From Pristiophorus japonicus (lineage: Eukaryota): a stretch of 64,000 bases of DNA. Shown here in pieces: positions 46,267 to 59,962 of the stretch; position 1 is the stretch's first letter, and every line of letters starts with the position of its first letter. The DNA is taken from assembly GCF_044704955.1 (NCBI RefSeq), contig NC_091996.1, positions 57,350,001 to 57,414,000 of the forward strand, written 5' to 3'. Below the pieces are notes generated by a model. It was not told the origin of the DNA and searched no databases. It saw only the letters and a list, made by a program, of their open reading frames with translations. The translations under genes and the position numbers were made by a program.

Positions 46267-47005
46267 ATAGAATCATGGAATTATAGAAATTTACGGCACA
46301 GAAAAAGGCCATCTGGCCCACTGTGTCTGCGCTGGCCAAAAAGCAGCTGCCAGCCTAATCCCACTTTCCACTTCTGGGTCCACAGCCCTGTAGGTTACGG
46401 CACTTCAAAGTGCATATCCAAATACTTTTTAAATGCAATGAGCACTTCTGCCTCTTCAACCCTTTCAGGCAGTAAGTTCCAAACACCCACCACCCTCTGG
46501 GTGAAAAAAGTTCTCCTCAACTCCCCTCTAATCCTTCTACCAATTTCTTTAAATCTATACCTCCTGGTTATTGATCTCTCAGCTGAGGGAAATAAGTCTT
46601 TCCTATCGATTCTGTCTGAGCCCCTCATAATTTTATACACCTCAATTAAGTCTCCCCTCAGCCTCCTGTGTTCCAAAGAAAACAACCACAGCCTATCCAA
46701 TCTTTCCCAATAGCTTAAATTCTCCAGTCCAGGCAACATCCTCGTAATTCTCCTCTGTACCCTCTCTAATGCAATCACATCTTTCCTGTAATATAGTGAC
46801 CAGAACTGTATGCAGTACTCTAGCTGTGGCCTACCTAATGTTTTATACAGTTCTAGCATAACCTCCCTGCTCTTATATTCTATGCCTTGGCTAATAAAGG
46901 AGAGTATCCCGTATGCCTTCTTAACCATCTTATCTACCTGTCCTGCTACCTTCAGGGATCTGTGGACATGCACTCCAAAGTCCCTTTGTTCCTCTACACT
47001 TCTAA
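46267..47005 (-). mobile_element. CR1 LINE 3' fragment
   Basis: ORF 46395..46973 is a CR1 ORF2 C-terminus. Confidence 0.92.
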
Positions 47006-47109
47006 ATGTTGTCTATTACACATATTATAAAATAATAATTACATTTTGTCACATGCTAATTAAAAATGGTTTCAATATTAAATAGTTCAAATAACTCAAA
47101 TCAGTAATA

Positions 47110-49260
47110 AAATTCACTTCAGGCTCATCAGAAGAACAAAGAGTTGGAGGAGTTCAGAGGTAGTAAGGAGTGAGCCCATGGATAGAGGTCTACATGAAGA
47201 TGACGTTGTAAATCCAATGCATTGGGGAGCCAGCAGAAATTGGGAGAGGAGATAGTAGAGCTGGATTTGGTGTGTGTAAGAATAAAGGTGGTGAGGTATT
47301 GAACATATTGCAGTTTTTAAAAAATTATTCTTGTGGTATGGATGACACGAGCAAGGCTATATTTACTGTCCAGCTTTAGTTGTCCTGAACTGCTGCAGCC
47401 CTTGTGGTGATGATACTTCCATGATGGTATTAGGTGGGAATTCCAGGATTTTGCCTTGCGACAAAGAAGGAACAGTGACGTCTGTCTAATTCAGTTCATG
47501 GAGGGTGGAACCTGGGAGCTTAGTGAGGAGATCATTTGAACCATTGACCTTGGGAGAAAGCAACATTGTCGAGGTGGAAGTTAGAAGGCTGGGATGTGAG
47601 ATTTATAACACAGCTCAGGGTCAAATTGGACACACTGCGGGTGCATACTGCTAGATTCAGCCTGACAAAATAGCAACAGAAGGAGGTGAAATCAGGGGCA
47701 AGAGCCCCAACAGGATGGCCTGAGTCTTGCAAATGTTAAGTTGAAGAATACCACATAATGTCAGTCAGATGGCACAATCTTAGTTGCAGAGTCCAGCGAG
47801 GTGGTGGAGAGATACAATTCGGTGTAAGCACACACATGAAAGCTGACCCCTGCCAAAGAATGATGATACCAAGGAACTGCATGTAAACAAGGAAAAGAAG
47901 GGGGGGCAAGGATGGAATCATGGCACACTGCTAACATGACCGTGACAGGGCAATAGAAGCAATGTGCTGAATGTGTTGGGACAGGTGCAAATGGGACCAG
48001 GTGCTGGCTCAGGGTAGTCAACAACGAGAAATGATGGAGCAGCATGATGTGTCCCACACCACAGTGGAGTAAAGGAGAGATAACACACTATGGTTAGAGG
48101 CTCAGAGTCAGTGATTTTCATCATCGTTTTCATGGTGCTGCAGGGAGGGTTGTGGGACTGAAACCCAATATTCATCACCAAGATTGTTAACTTCCACCTC
48201 CACAGCATCGCCTCCCTTTGCTGCTACCTCACCCCATTTCCATGAAATTCACTTCTATGCTTTTGTTACTTCAAGATCCATTTTATTCAATACTTTCTTT
48301 GCCAATTTTCTAAGCTCCACCCTACATTATTTAAAAACCGCCCATTATAGTGACTATCCTGTCGCTGATTTTACTGTTCCCTTTAAAGGGTTCAAAATAT
48401 CTTTATAGGAATGCACAGTTCCACTCAAACATACTGAAAATGCAACCTGGCAGCAATTTGAGGGAAATAGAGTCAATCACAATAATGAATTGCTGTTCCT
48501 CAGTATAAAAAACTGCAAAGAATCCATTGCTTTATAGGATCATATAATTTACAACCCAGAATTATTTTTCTTTATTCATTCACGGGATGTGGGTGTCGCT
48601 GGCACGGTCAGCATTTATTGCCCATCGCTAATTGTCCTTAACTGAATGTCTCACTTGGTCGTTTCAGAGGCAGTTAAGAATCAACCACATTGCTGTGGGT
48701 CTGGAGTCACATATAGGATCGGGTAAGAATGCAGGTTTCCTTCCCTAAAGGACATTCGTGAACCAGATGGGTTTTTCCGACAATCATGGTCACCATTACT
48801 GATACTAGCTTTTTATTCCAGATTTATTTAATTAACTGAATTTAAATTCACCAGCTGCTGTGGTGGGATTTGAACTCATGTCCCCGGATCATATGTCCAG
48901 GCCTTTGATTACTAATCCAGTGAATTGGTTCACGCAAAGGTCTGGATTATTAGTCCCGTGTCAAATTTTGTTTGATTACACTCCTGTGAAGCATTGTAGG
49001 ATGTTTTACTACATTAAAGGCGCTATATAAATACAAGTTGTTGTTTAGGGTTCAACTCTCACCATGGCAAGTTGTGAAATAGAATTCAACAAATCTGGTA
49101 ATACATGGGCTTGTGCCAGGAAAATATAACCATGAAAGCTGCCAGATTGTCATAAAAAGCCAACCGGTTCACCAGTCCCCTTCGTGGAACAGAACCTACC
49201 ATCCCTACCTGGCTTGGCCATACAAATGCCCCCTGTGTAGCCAAGTAAGCCACTCAATTG
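47110..49260. mobile_element. Cluster of old L2/Crack LINE and SINE fragments
   Basis: Crack-like tail at ~48565, L2 tail at 48955-49045, and decayed L2-like RT sequence at 47520-48330. Confidence 0.5.
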
Positions 49261-50653
49261 TAGAAATCAATTATGCCCACATGCCAAAAACTAATTAAAA
49301 AAGATTGATCAACTCGTGATGTCTATTAGAATCCACCAAGAATCTTCCAATCAGGCGATAGTGGCCCTTTAAGAGCACAACACAATTAAATAAATTCACT
49401 TATATTTTACCACAGTTTCATAAACAGCTTTGATAACTCAGGAAATTTAGTGAAGTGGATGATTATTCGCTCTCTGGGAGCTACAAAGGCATATTACCTC
49501 ATGTCCCTGCAGCCCTCAGTGAGGTACATGGGGTTGAAAACCATGCAAATGATTTCACCACTTAGAAACTGTGAACTAATCAAGAAAGCATTAAATAAAC
49601 CCTCAGTTCAACTTTGCTCCTTCAATATAATGTGACTTGTACTTGTCATTAAAATCCTTATCAGTCTCAAATCCATAAATAACTACAGAAATGAAAGGTG
49701 TTAAAAACCTTCCCATTAAACAATCCTGCTGTGCAGACTAGATAATTACCACATCAGATAATAAATGCTTTATAGTGTAGCTGTGGCATTTCCCCATGGT
49801 CTGTTGCAAATTATTCACCATTAAAACCAAGGTAAGAAATCACAAAGCATTACAAGGGGATAATATCACTGAAAATCCCTGACCGAGTCTCGGACAGATG
49901 AGAGAGAATTCTACATTACAGAAGTGTGCTAGATGGAAGGCAGAACGTCTGCTCTCTTTCTCCATTGGTTGCATCCACCAATGTAAATATCATGGCCCAT
50001 AGAGAGGCAGATTGTTAAACATGACAGTGTGGGTCTACCAATCCCTATTAGATCAAGCCCATCTCTACCTTTACTGTTTCTGTCAGAGTGTAGCGTACAG
50101 CAAGCGATAACTCTGATTCTCCAGCTAGCTTCAACACTACACCAAGAAATATGGCTATAGGTCAGAGCTTCAGAATCCAAATCCTTTAATAAATGCAGTG
50201 TAAAACTGTTGGTAAAGAATAAAGACAGATCTAGAATTCTTGTAATACAACAGTAATAATCGAATAAAAACAGCAATAAAGAGAAATTACTTACCTCTTA
50301 CTGTACATCAAAGATAAAATACAACAATTCCAGAATGATTGGATAAGGAGAAGTTACTTACATAACTGTACTTCTAGAAAGGTCCACAACTACAGAAGAT
50401 CCGTTTCTAATTTACAAAAGTTAAATATTGTTCTAGCTAAATTGGAGGCTGACCTATGCTTTCTCTCTCTCTTTGTTTCTGTTTCTCTGCCTGTCTTTGT
50501 CCAATCGGGAAATGCCACCCAGTGGCGGGAAAACATCAAGACAGCTATGGTGGCCACAATCAGTCAAGAAGCTCCAATCATTACACTCCCCGTCGAAAAA
50601 TAACAAGTATTGACATTTTTACCAGTTAAAGTTCAGTTCCTTTTAGTTCGTGG

Positions 50654-52785
50654 TCATCTGTATGAGTACAAGTTCCATCTCAGGTAGCTGCAATGTGTGC
50701 CATCACTGCAGACCATACCATCCACCTTATGTACCCTTCCGTCATTGATGGGGTAGGACACGGAGGCTCGTGCAAGTGGCCAGTCATTCTGGGGAAGTTC
50801 TTTCTGCCAGAAGAAAATGACATCCCGACAGAGGTGTCTGGCTTTGTCTCGTTCGTCTTGTGTCAAGGCTGTTGGCTCTGCCGTCGAATCTGGAGTTGAT
50901 CTGCAGGTGGTTGGGTCCGTCACCCTTGTCGTCGACCATACAGATCCGGTTGCGACAAGTTGCCAGCTGGTGCCTGGAGGGACTGAGTTTTCGAAGCCAC
51001 AAGCATGGCGGGAGTAAGTGCCTGAGGTTCATTGTTGAGAAGTGGAGGGAACTCTGAGATTCCCTCCGAGTTAAGGTGAGCACCTTCTGTCATGATCTTA
51101 ACTGAGTGTTGGTGTCGGATGGACATGGCCTTTGGTGGCCGAAGGATAGTACGGGTGACAGAGGCATTGGCTTTCTCATTTGACCCGCTTGGGCAAACCT
51201 GTCCAGAGACTGTCCAGCCTAGGTCTGTACGTTGTGTGCACAGTGATCCTCTCAGCCCGTTGCGAGACTCCCTGATCTTGAGGGGTTCAGGGCAGTTTCT
51301 TCCAATGAGGAGGATGATGGGGGCATCCTCTCTTGGCTCGGGTATCTTTTTCGCCACTGACCTGAGATGGAGGAACTTCTCGCAGAAATCAAGACGTGGG
51401 ATCTCGCTTCTGTCTCTGGGGATGTGGGCATTCTCGAGGATGGTAGGCAGCTGTTCTGTCTTTCCATCTACTGCTTCTATGATTAGATGGCCTGCTCATC
51501 TCCCCTTGGCCGTGATCTCATCTCCGCCACTGGTGGCAAGCTCATACGGGAAGGCTGGACACGGAAGTCTAACACATAAAAGATTTTGGGGTCTCCGAAA
51601 CAGGCATTAGATTGGTCATCCACCACCACGTAGCCAAGGATACGTTTTGAGGGACGATCCCTGTGGTTGATTCGACATAGAATGATCTTAGAACAAGATC
51701 GTGCGGAAGGGCAAGCCAGGTATCTGGTGCACTTTGCGTTGGTCTGTATGACCTGTGGCTCGTCAATTGGCCTTTCGTAGTGGGTCTCCCCGCCATTCTG
51801 TCCCAGTGTCACGTGCATGAAGGAGGCATGCTCTGTGCCTTGGCATTCCTTGCAATGCACCTTGGTCTGGCAGTCTTGCATTCTGTGGTGGTCGTCACAC
51901 CTGAAACACAAGCTGTTGGATCTGCAGAATTCTGAAAGTGATGCAATCCGACAGATGATGGCCTCGCCCATCATGGTAGAGGCATAACTCTGAAGCTAGC
52001 AACGTGGGCGCTGACTTCGTAAGTGTACATGTTGCCAAGTCGCGAAGGGAAGAGCTGGGACTTCTGTTTCCTCCTATCCTCACTGAGGGTGGCTGATGTA
52101 CCTTGCTTAATGCGTAAAGGTCACTGTCGCTCTGCTGTCTGGCTTCTTTTTTCAGGAATTTAGCCAGCACGCTGAAAGGAGGATAGCTGCTGTTATCGGT
52201 CTTATGCTCTGATATGCGCTTACTCCATGCATTGCTTATGTAGTTATGGAGTTTTTTAAGCATCGGATAAAGAGAGTGGGAATAGTTGAGCAGCCCCAAG
52301 TCGGGAAAGTCGTCCATCTGTGCTGCGATGTCCGTGCACAATTCGCCAAGTTCGCGAAGTTTGTGGCCTTTGTCCACCCTGAACTTCGGAAAGCTGTTGA
52401 GCTTTTGAAGGATGGATGTGGTAATCCTTATCCTGTCACCAAAACTCTCTTCTAGTTCCTTCCACGCTTCCTGGTAGGCTGTTTCAGGGTTCAAAATGTA
52501 CCGGTGCCAGAACCTGTCTACCAATATCTTGACCTTCCCCGATGTGAACTTGGAAAGAAAGGTAAGCTTCTGCGTGGCTGGGGTGGTGGCCTAGTCTACC
52601 ATGGTTTCGAATGCGTAGTGCCATGGCTGAAACATGATGGGGTCCCCATCATAGACATCGGGCTCGCGTACAGGCTGATGCTGATGAGCGAGAGTGTAGG
52701 TAATGTCCTTTGTCAGGTTGAGGAATGGCTCCCTCTGCCGGCTCGAGAGGATGGGGGCTCAGGTAGTTTGGTGCTACGCTGCTGA
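50654..52785 (-). pseudogene. gag: BEL gag-protease fused to the integrase C-terminus
   Basis: 'YQEAWKELEESFG', 'YPPFSVLAKFLKKEA', 'LLIGRNCPE...TDLGWTVSGQVC', 'ALTPAMLV'. Confidence 0.85.
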
Positions 52786-55192
52786 ACATAATAAGAACGT
52801 AAGAACATAAGAATTAGGAACAGGAGTAGGCCATCTAGCCCCTCGAGCCTGCTCCGTCATTCAACAAGATCATGGCTGATCTGACCGTGGACTCAGCTCC
52901 ACTTACCCGCCCGCTCCCCATAACCCTTAATTCCCTTATTGGTTAAAAATCTATCTATCTGTGACTTGAATACATTCAATGAGCTAGACTCAACTGCTTC
53001 CTTGGGCAGAGAATTCCACAGATTCACAACCCACAGGGAGAAGAAATTCCTTCTCAACTCGTTTTAAATTAGCTCCCCCGTATTTTGAGGCTGTGCCCCC
53101 TATTTCTAGTCTCCCCGACCAGTGGAAACAACCTCTCTGCCTCTATCTTGTCTATCCCTTTCATTATTTTAAACGTTTCGATAAGATCACCCCTCATCCT
53201 TCTGAACTCCAACGAGTAAAGACCCAGTCTACTCAATCTATCATCATAAGGTAACCCCCTCATCTCCGGAATCAGCCTAGTGAATCGTCTCTGTACCCCC
53301 TCCAAAGCTAGTATATCCTTCCTTAAGTAAGGTGACCAAAACTGCACGCAGTACTCCAGGTGCGGCCTCACCAATACCCTGTACAGTTGCAGAAGGACCT
53401 CCCTGCTTTTGTACTCCATCCCTCTCGCAATGAAGGCCAATATTCCATTCGCCTTCCTGATTACCTGCTGCACCTGCAAACTAACTTTTTGGGATTCATG
53501 CACAAGGACCCCCAGGTCCCTCTGCACCGCAGCATGTTGTAATTTCTCCCCATTCAAATAATATTCCCTTTTACTGTTTTTTTTCCCACGGTGGATGACC
53601 TCACACTTTCTGACATTGTATTCCATCTGCCAAACCTTAGCCCATTCGCTTAACCTATCTGAATCTCTTTGCAGCCTCTCTGTGTCCTCTGCACAACTCG
53701 CTTTCCCACTAATCTTTGTGTCATCTGCAATTTTGTTACACTACACTCTGTCCCCTCTTCCAGGTCATCTATGTATATTGTAAACAGTTGTGGTCCCAGC
53801 ACCGATCCCTGTGGCACACCATTAACCACCGATTTCCAACCCGAAAAGGACCCATTTATCCCGACTCTCTGCTTTCTGTTAGCCAGTCAATTCTCTATCC
53901 ATGCTAATACATTTCCTCTGACTCCGCGTACCTTTATCTTCTACAGTAACCTTTTGTGTGGCACCTTATCGAATGCCTTTTGAAAATCTAAATTCACTAC
54001 ATCCATCGGTACACCTCTATCCATCATGCTCGGTATATCCTCAAAGAATTCCAGTAAATTAGTTAAACATGATTTCCCCTTCATGAATCCATGCTGCGTC
54101 TGCTTGATTGCACTATTCCTATCTAGATGTCCCGCTATTTCTTCCTTAATGATAGCTTCAAGCATTTTCCCCACTACAGATGTTAAACTAACCGGCCTAT
54201 AGTTACCTGCCTATTGTCTGCCCCCTTTTTTAAACAGAGGCGTTACATTAGCTGCTTTCCAATCCGCTGGTACCTCCCCAGAGTCCAGAGAATTTTGGTA
54301 GATTATAACGAATGCATCTGCTATAACTTCCGCCATCTCTTTTAATACCCTGGCATGCTGGCTGGTGGAACAGCTCTTCATTTCATTCCGAATGGCTGAA
54401 AGATCGAGGCCGTTGTCCGAAGCAGAATACAGAGGCAAACTTAACTGACCTGTCTGCGAGGTGCCGAAATTGCGAGGCATGGTCGTTTGAGATCTGTTCT
54501 GGTGAGGTTTGGGCCCAAGGCCTTCATGCCTCTTGTCCGGCTCGCTGTATCTCCTCTACCCTTGTTTGCTGTATGGCGGTGGTTTTCCTGGCTTGAAGTC
54601 TCTGGAGGTCCGTCTTGGCCTTCGCTCCTGCCCCTTTTGACTCGGCCGTTTGTCTCGCTATGACTTCCTCAAACTCTGCGTTCTTGGCGGCAGTGGCGGT
54701 GTCGGCTCAAGTGTTGATCAAGGTAGTCCGACTTGAGGACGATGTCCTGGAGATCCTTGTCGAATGTCCTGACCATCTGCTGACGCTCGACTTCCGGCAT
54801 CTCTTTTAATACCCTGGGATGCATTTCATCAGGACATGGGGACTTGTCTACCTTGAGATCCATTAGCCTGTCCAGCACTACCTCCCTAGTGATAGTGATT
54901 GTCTCAAGGTCCTCCCTTCCCACATTCCTGTGACCAGCAATTTTTGGCATGGTTTTTGTGTCTTCCACTGTGAAGACCGAAGCAAAATAATTGTTTCAGA
55001 TCTCAGCCATTTCCACATTTCCCATTATTAAATCCCCCTTCTCATCTTCGAACGGACCAACATTTACTTTAGTCACTCTCTTCCGTTTTATATATCGGTA
55101 AAAGCTTTTACTATCTGTTTTTATGTTTTGCGCAAGTTTACTTTCGTAATCTATCTTTCCTTTCATTATTGCTTTCTTTGTCATTCTTTGCT
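52786..55192 (-). mobile_element. Young CR1/HER1 in two pieces (52786-54352, 54791-55192) separated by BEL gag sequence
   Basis: ORFs 53069..53626, 53941..54174 and 54996..55184 are colinear CR1 ORF2; the pieces overlap by 26 bp. Confidence 0.9.
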
Positions 55193-55869
55193 GACTTGTG
55201 AACCGGGTGATTACTCGGGGTAATTCTTAAATCATGGTTCACAGTTATTTTTACGATACTGTTTCTGTCAGAATGTAGCATATGGCGAGCGATAACTCTG
55301 ATTCTCCAATTATCTTCAACACTACACCAAGAAATATGGCTAAATGTCAGAGCTTCAGAATCCAAATCCTTTAATAAAAGCAGTGTAAAACTGTTGGTAA
55401 AGAATAAAGACAGATCTAGAATTATTGTAATACAACGGTAACAATCAAATAAAAGCAGCAATTCAGAAAAGTTGCTTATCTCTTACTGTACATCAAAGAT
55501 AAAATACAATAATTCCAGAACAATTGGATAAGGGAGAAGTCACTTACAATAACTGTACTTCTAGAAAGGTCCGCAACTACGGAAGATCCGTTTCTAATTA
55601 ACAAAAGTTAAAAATTGTTCTAGCTAAAATGGAGGCTGTTCCATGCTTTCTCTCTCTCTTTGTTTCTGTTTCTCTGCCTATCTGTGTCCAATCAGAAAAT
55701 GTCACCCAGTGGCAGGAAAACATCAGACAGTTACGGTGGCCACAATCAGTCAAGAAGCTCCAACCATTACACTACCAAGAAGCTGAGGACAAGGTTGATT
55801 GCATCATCTCTGTGACTGCAATTGTAATCCAGTTTAAGGTGTGCTCACTCTCTCTCTCTCTGGTTGTAT

Positions 55870-56763
55870 GATTAGGCAAACTCAATGTATTTCCCAGTGG
55901 ATGTGGCAGCAGGAAACACAACTGCCCTTAATGTACCAATGACTCCACAATTGGCATTAATTAGCACTAAACTGGCACTCTCACTCAAAGAAGTCACATT
56001 GATGGCAGATGTGGAAAAGAAAGGAGAGGAGAGGAGAATTAGAGGAATGTAGGAAAACAGCACAGGAGAGGGGGAGGATGAAGGGAAAAGGAGGAGGAAG
56101 GGAAGAGGAGGAGGGGAGGATAGAAGAAAAAGCTGAGAAGCAATATGAGACACTTTATGCTGGTATTGTGGCTGGTGTTTCTGATGGTGGGGCTCATCTT
56201 GGTCCGATTCTGAGGACCAAGGTGAGACAGTATAAGCAGCACCAGTGCTGATGTAGTAGAAGGCAGGTAAAGTGGAGATCAGAGGGACAATTCCTCAATG
56301 TTGTGATAATGAATAGCAATGTGGTGAGAGTGGCTTCTGAGGTTTCAAAAATGACCTGCAAACTGCTGACACCCAAACCTGTGGACAAAATGGAGTGACC
56401 AGGATTCTTTCCATGAGGCAAGTAATGAGGTGTAATGCCGCAGTATTCATGTACTTTTCCCAGCTCTCAATGAATGAACTCACCAATGGCCACTGAGCTC
56501 TGCCTCTCCTTCACAGGCGAGGTACTCGACCTCCGTGCATCCCGTGCTCCTGCAATAAGACTCAGAAGCTGGTGTTAAGGGTCTGCAAACAAGCATTTAA
56601 TGATTTCAATGAGGTCGCCCACCTCTCTAGGCTCCTTCAAAGCCCCTCCGAGTTAAATACTCGAGGCAGCGTGATGATGGCGGGTTCCCGACGCGCTCGC
56701 TATTTTCTGCATTTCCACCCTCTCCTCCAAGCCCGCACGTGCGGCAACAGGAAATTTACGGCC
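55870..56763 (-). mobile_element. Harbinger terminal fragment homologous to 5646-6200
   Basis: 56192-56252 is the reverse complement of ~6097-6160; TIR ggaaatttacggcc. Confidence 0.8.
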
Positions 56764-56788
56764 AGTGATTTACTTATTGATCAGAAAC

Positions 56789-57161
56789 TCTTTTGAGTTT
56801 ACCTGCAAAACATAAAGACATTAAACGGTGCCACCCGACCTGGGTGACACTCCAGACATTTACAAGGCCCTTTTTTTCCCCCCTTTTTTTGTTTTTTTTG
56901 TGTTTTTTCTTTTTTTTTTTTTGTTTTTTTTTGGGCACTAAAATCACAATTTTTCCCCAGTGCCCCCTATAAAAGGGAAGGGGACACTAAAAGCACCGGC
57001 AATTAAAACAAATTAACTTTAAAACGTAAAATCAAATTAAAATTTGGTTGCCGGGCGTGATGATGCACTCCAGTCCCTCCGGTGCCCACCTCTCGCGGAA
57101 GGCCGCGAGCGTACCGGTGGACACCGCGTGCTCCATCTCCAAGGACACCCTGGACCGGAAG
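56789..57161 (-). mobile_element. Solitary 5'-truncated Tx1 copy
   Basis: Same ORF2 end and 3' UTR as the array; perfect 16-bp TSD CTTATTGATCAGAAAC at 56773-56788 and 57162-57177. Confidence 0.92.
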
Positions 57162-58542
57162 CTTATTGATCAGAAACCTGATTTTCCCTGTGCCCAGGTG
57201 TTTTTGTGCAAATCTAAATTGTTTGGGTAGCAAATCACTGCCAATATAGCAAGTACAGAGTTATCCAGATTTGCGTTGTGTGTTGTGATTTATCGAATCA
57301 CTTCCCCCTTTCACATCACCTGGCAGCCATTTCAAGGGTGACAGTTTATAGATAATGGATATTCTAAGCTCCCTGGAGATTATATTTTCAAATGTGGCAA
57401 ATAGATTTATCCACACAGACACATGATCACCACACTGAACTTCAGTGCTATTAACAAGTAATCACCATAATCTATGTCTGTAGCACATCAAAGGTGAATT
57501 GAATAGATAGATACATGCAAATTATTGCTGTAAGTGTTATTTCAGAACAGAAGTAATGGTTGTCAATTTATGTCATATTTTATCTTTTGTTAAACGGTAG
57601 GTCAAAATTGAAGAGTATCCTTCAAATCACATTTATTTTCGTAATAAAGAAGTCGAGGTGAGAAAAGAAGTGTGTTTGTATGCTAAAATATGCTTTTAAG
57701 CAAACAGTCCAATGTAAAATCGCAAAAAAAAAGGACTTAATAAATAAAAGTAATTGGCATTAAAATAGATAAGCTGACTGTGAGAATAGAAAGTCGTTGT
57801 AAGTAGGCAAATAAATGGATTTGCATGTGTTTTATGTATCAAGGGCAATTAGGGATGGGCAATAAATGTTGGCCTTGCCAGCAACGTGTACATCCCATGA
57901 ATGAATTTTTAAAAATTGAAGTTGTTCTTAAAATTATGTACATGGCCCCTAACAATACTACATATTGTTTATGGTTCCCTTTCCGGCAGAGAATGCATAT
58001 AAAAATACTCTCTCAAATACTTTGCTCTAATGGCTCCCAAAAGGCAGCTATTTTGCAACTGTCTGGTATCTAAATGACGTGTGTGAATTTCTTGTCTGCA
58101 AGAATTCTTAAGATTTAACATCAGTGATTACCCCCTTAATGGTTCGAGGATGTTGCAGGCCTTTCTACATTAGCTGTGCTGCTATTTGTTGACTTTGATG
58201 TCATGGCCCTGTCTGCAGTAAGACATGGCTAACCCAGTCCCAATTCTATTAATAACAATAAACTGTCAACCTCATTCAGGGACAGTAATCTACAGGACAT
58301 GTACTGAAGGGAACGTGTAAATAGGATACATGGAGTTGCTTAGAGATATGTTCAAATAGGATGTACACAGCCCCATGGTCTCCTGTTACACTGTAAGGAG
58401 GGGCTACTTTAGAAACTTCTGATAGGTTTGGAACTTGATTCACCCAAACGTCTTAAGCTTTAATGGTGGAAAATAGACAGCAGTGGTCAGATGTTGATTA
58501 AATTAGAGAACTGAGCTTATTTATTAACAGTACAGTAAGAAA

Positions 58543-58730
58543 GAAAGACTTCCATTTATATAGCACCTTTCATGACCTCAGGACGCCCTAAAGCATTTTA
58601 CAGCCAATGAAGTACTTTTTGAAAAGTCGTCACATTTGTAATCTAGGAAACTCTGCAGCCAAGTTGCGCACAGCAAGGCCAGGACCCACAAAAGCAATGA
58701 GATAATGGCCAAATAATTGTTTTAAGTGAT
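58543..58730 (-). mobile_element. Deu-SINE/L2 tail fragment
   Basis: 'gaaagactt.catttatatagc.cctttcatgacctcaggacg'. Confidence 0.65.
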
Positions 58731-58964
58731 GGCAGTTCCTCCCTAACTAACATTATTTAACCCTTGCCAGACCTAGCTTGGTTTCAGGCCAGTGTTACTT
58801 TTTTATTCTGGTTTAATGCGCATCTTTAAAGAATTGACATCTATATAGCATTTCATCACAACCTCAAGAGAATCCAAATCAAGCTACAAGCAATGTATTA
58901 CTTTAAAAGTCATTTAGAACAACTCATTGAAGCCAGTATGATGAGACTGTTGGGAAGGCACATA

Positions 58965-59962
58965 GAGGGTTATTTTGGTGAAAGGGTGAAAACGTGCGCA
59001 AAATGGGTGCTGTGCTAAGACGCGCCTGTTTGAAATTGTGGTTTTAGCACACAATTGTTGATTACCATAATTTAAACTTGCCTTGAGGTGCTAAAACTGA
59101 CACCTGCAAGTTTAGCACTCAAGTGCTGATTAGACACAATTTTCATGGGGCAGTTTCTGTGGGCTCCACGCACCCACTTCCACTGAGCATATGGAATGGG
59201 CTGACTGACACACAACGACAGGTTTCAGATGGCTCAGGGACTGAGTTGGAGAGTGCACAGGTACCCAGATGCAGCACTGGAGGGGGGTCCTGGAGGAGGA
59301 GGTCCAGAAGGGGGAGGGATGTCCTGTACCCACAGGGAGAAGGAATCCACTCACCCTCCTGTCCCTCTCTCCTGCAGCAGCTCGTGCTGCTCTGCCTGGC
59401 CTCATGTCCGCCTCCCATTCCCTCTGCAGACCAAGGGAGATCCTAGCAAGATGGGGATAACCAAGCACTTCCTTTGTCCTGGTGACTCCTATAAGGTAGA
59501 GTAGCACAACACTCACTCTTTTAAGGTGATGTCCTTAGAGAATTTCTAGAATAAATGTTTATAGAGTGTTGGTGAAGTCTTGGCCATGCGTCTCAGAAAG
59601 TCTCAAATCTCCAGTAGCAAGTTAACAGTGAAAGGTGATATGCATTTAAGTAGCACTCGAAATCCTCAGCAATGACTTGTTTACTCCCAATCATCTGGTC
59701 GCTATTAGGAGAGGGTGTTATGTCAAGCGCTGTCTACTAAAATGCTGTACAGTCTCCTTAATAAGCACAAGCAGGCAATTTAAGTGGCCATCAGGTGCTT
59801 AATGATCTCCTGAGTGGCTGTTCCGAGGGCAGGCTTCAACACTTCAAATCCTTTACCAAGATGGTGTCTTGCACTAAATGCGAGCTAAACTGTCATTTTA
59901 GCTGAAGGCTGTCCACCTCAGAGGCTCTTTAGCACCTGACCGAGCCATCGAAAATTACCCCC
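58965..59962. mobile_element. Non-autonomous Harbinger element with a Myb remnant
   Basis: Ends agggttattttg...cgaaaattacccc; 'RYPDAALE...RDVLYPQG' resembles the ORF at 42065. Confidence 0.6.

Larger units (their letters stand above)
50075..55771 (-). mobile_element. BEL/Pao LTR retrotransposon, internally deleted (no RT or RNase H)
   Basis: ~510-bp LTRs at 50075-50585 and 55260-55771; PPT at 50586-50594; BEL gag, three Cys-His knuckles, PR 'VVVDDQSNACF', IN C-terminus 'NDWPLAR...DGRVHKV'. TSD is ambiguous. Confidence 0.88.

Noticed and set aside
56020-56140. Glu/Gly/Arg-rich ORF 56009..56251
   Set aside because: A purine-rich low-complexity tract within a Harbinger fragment.
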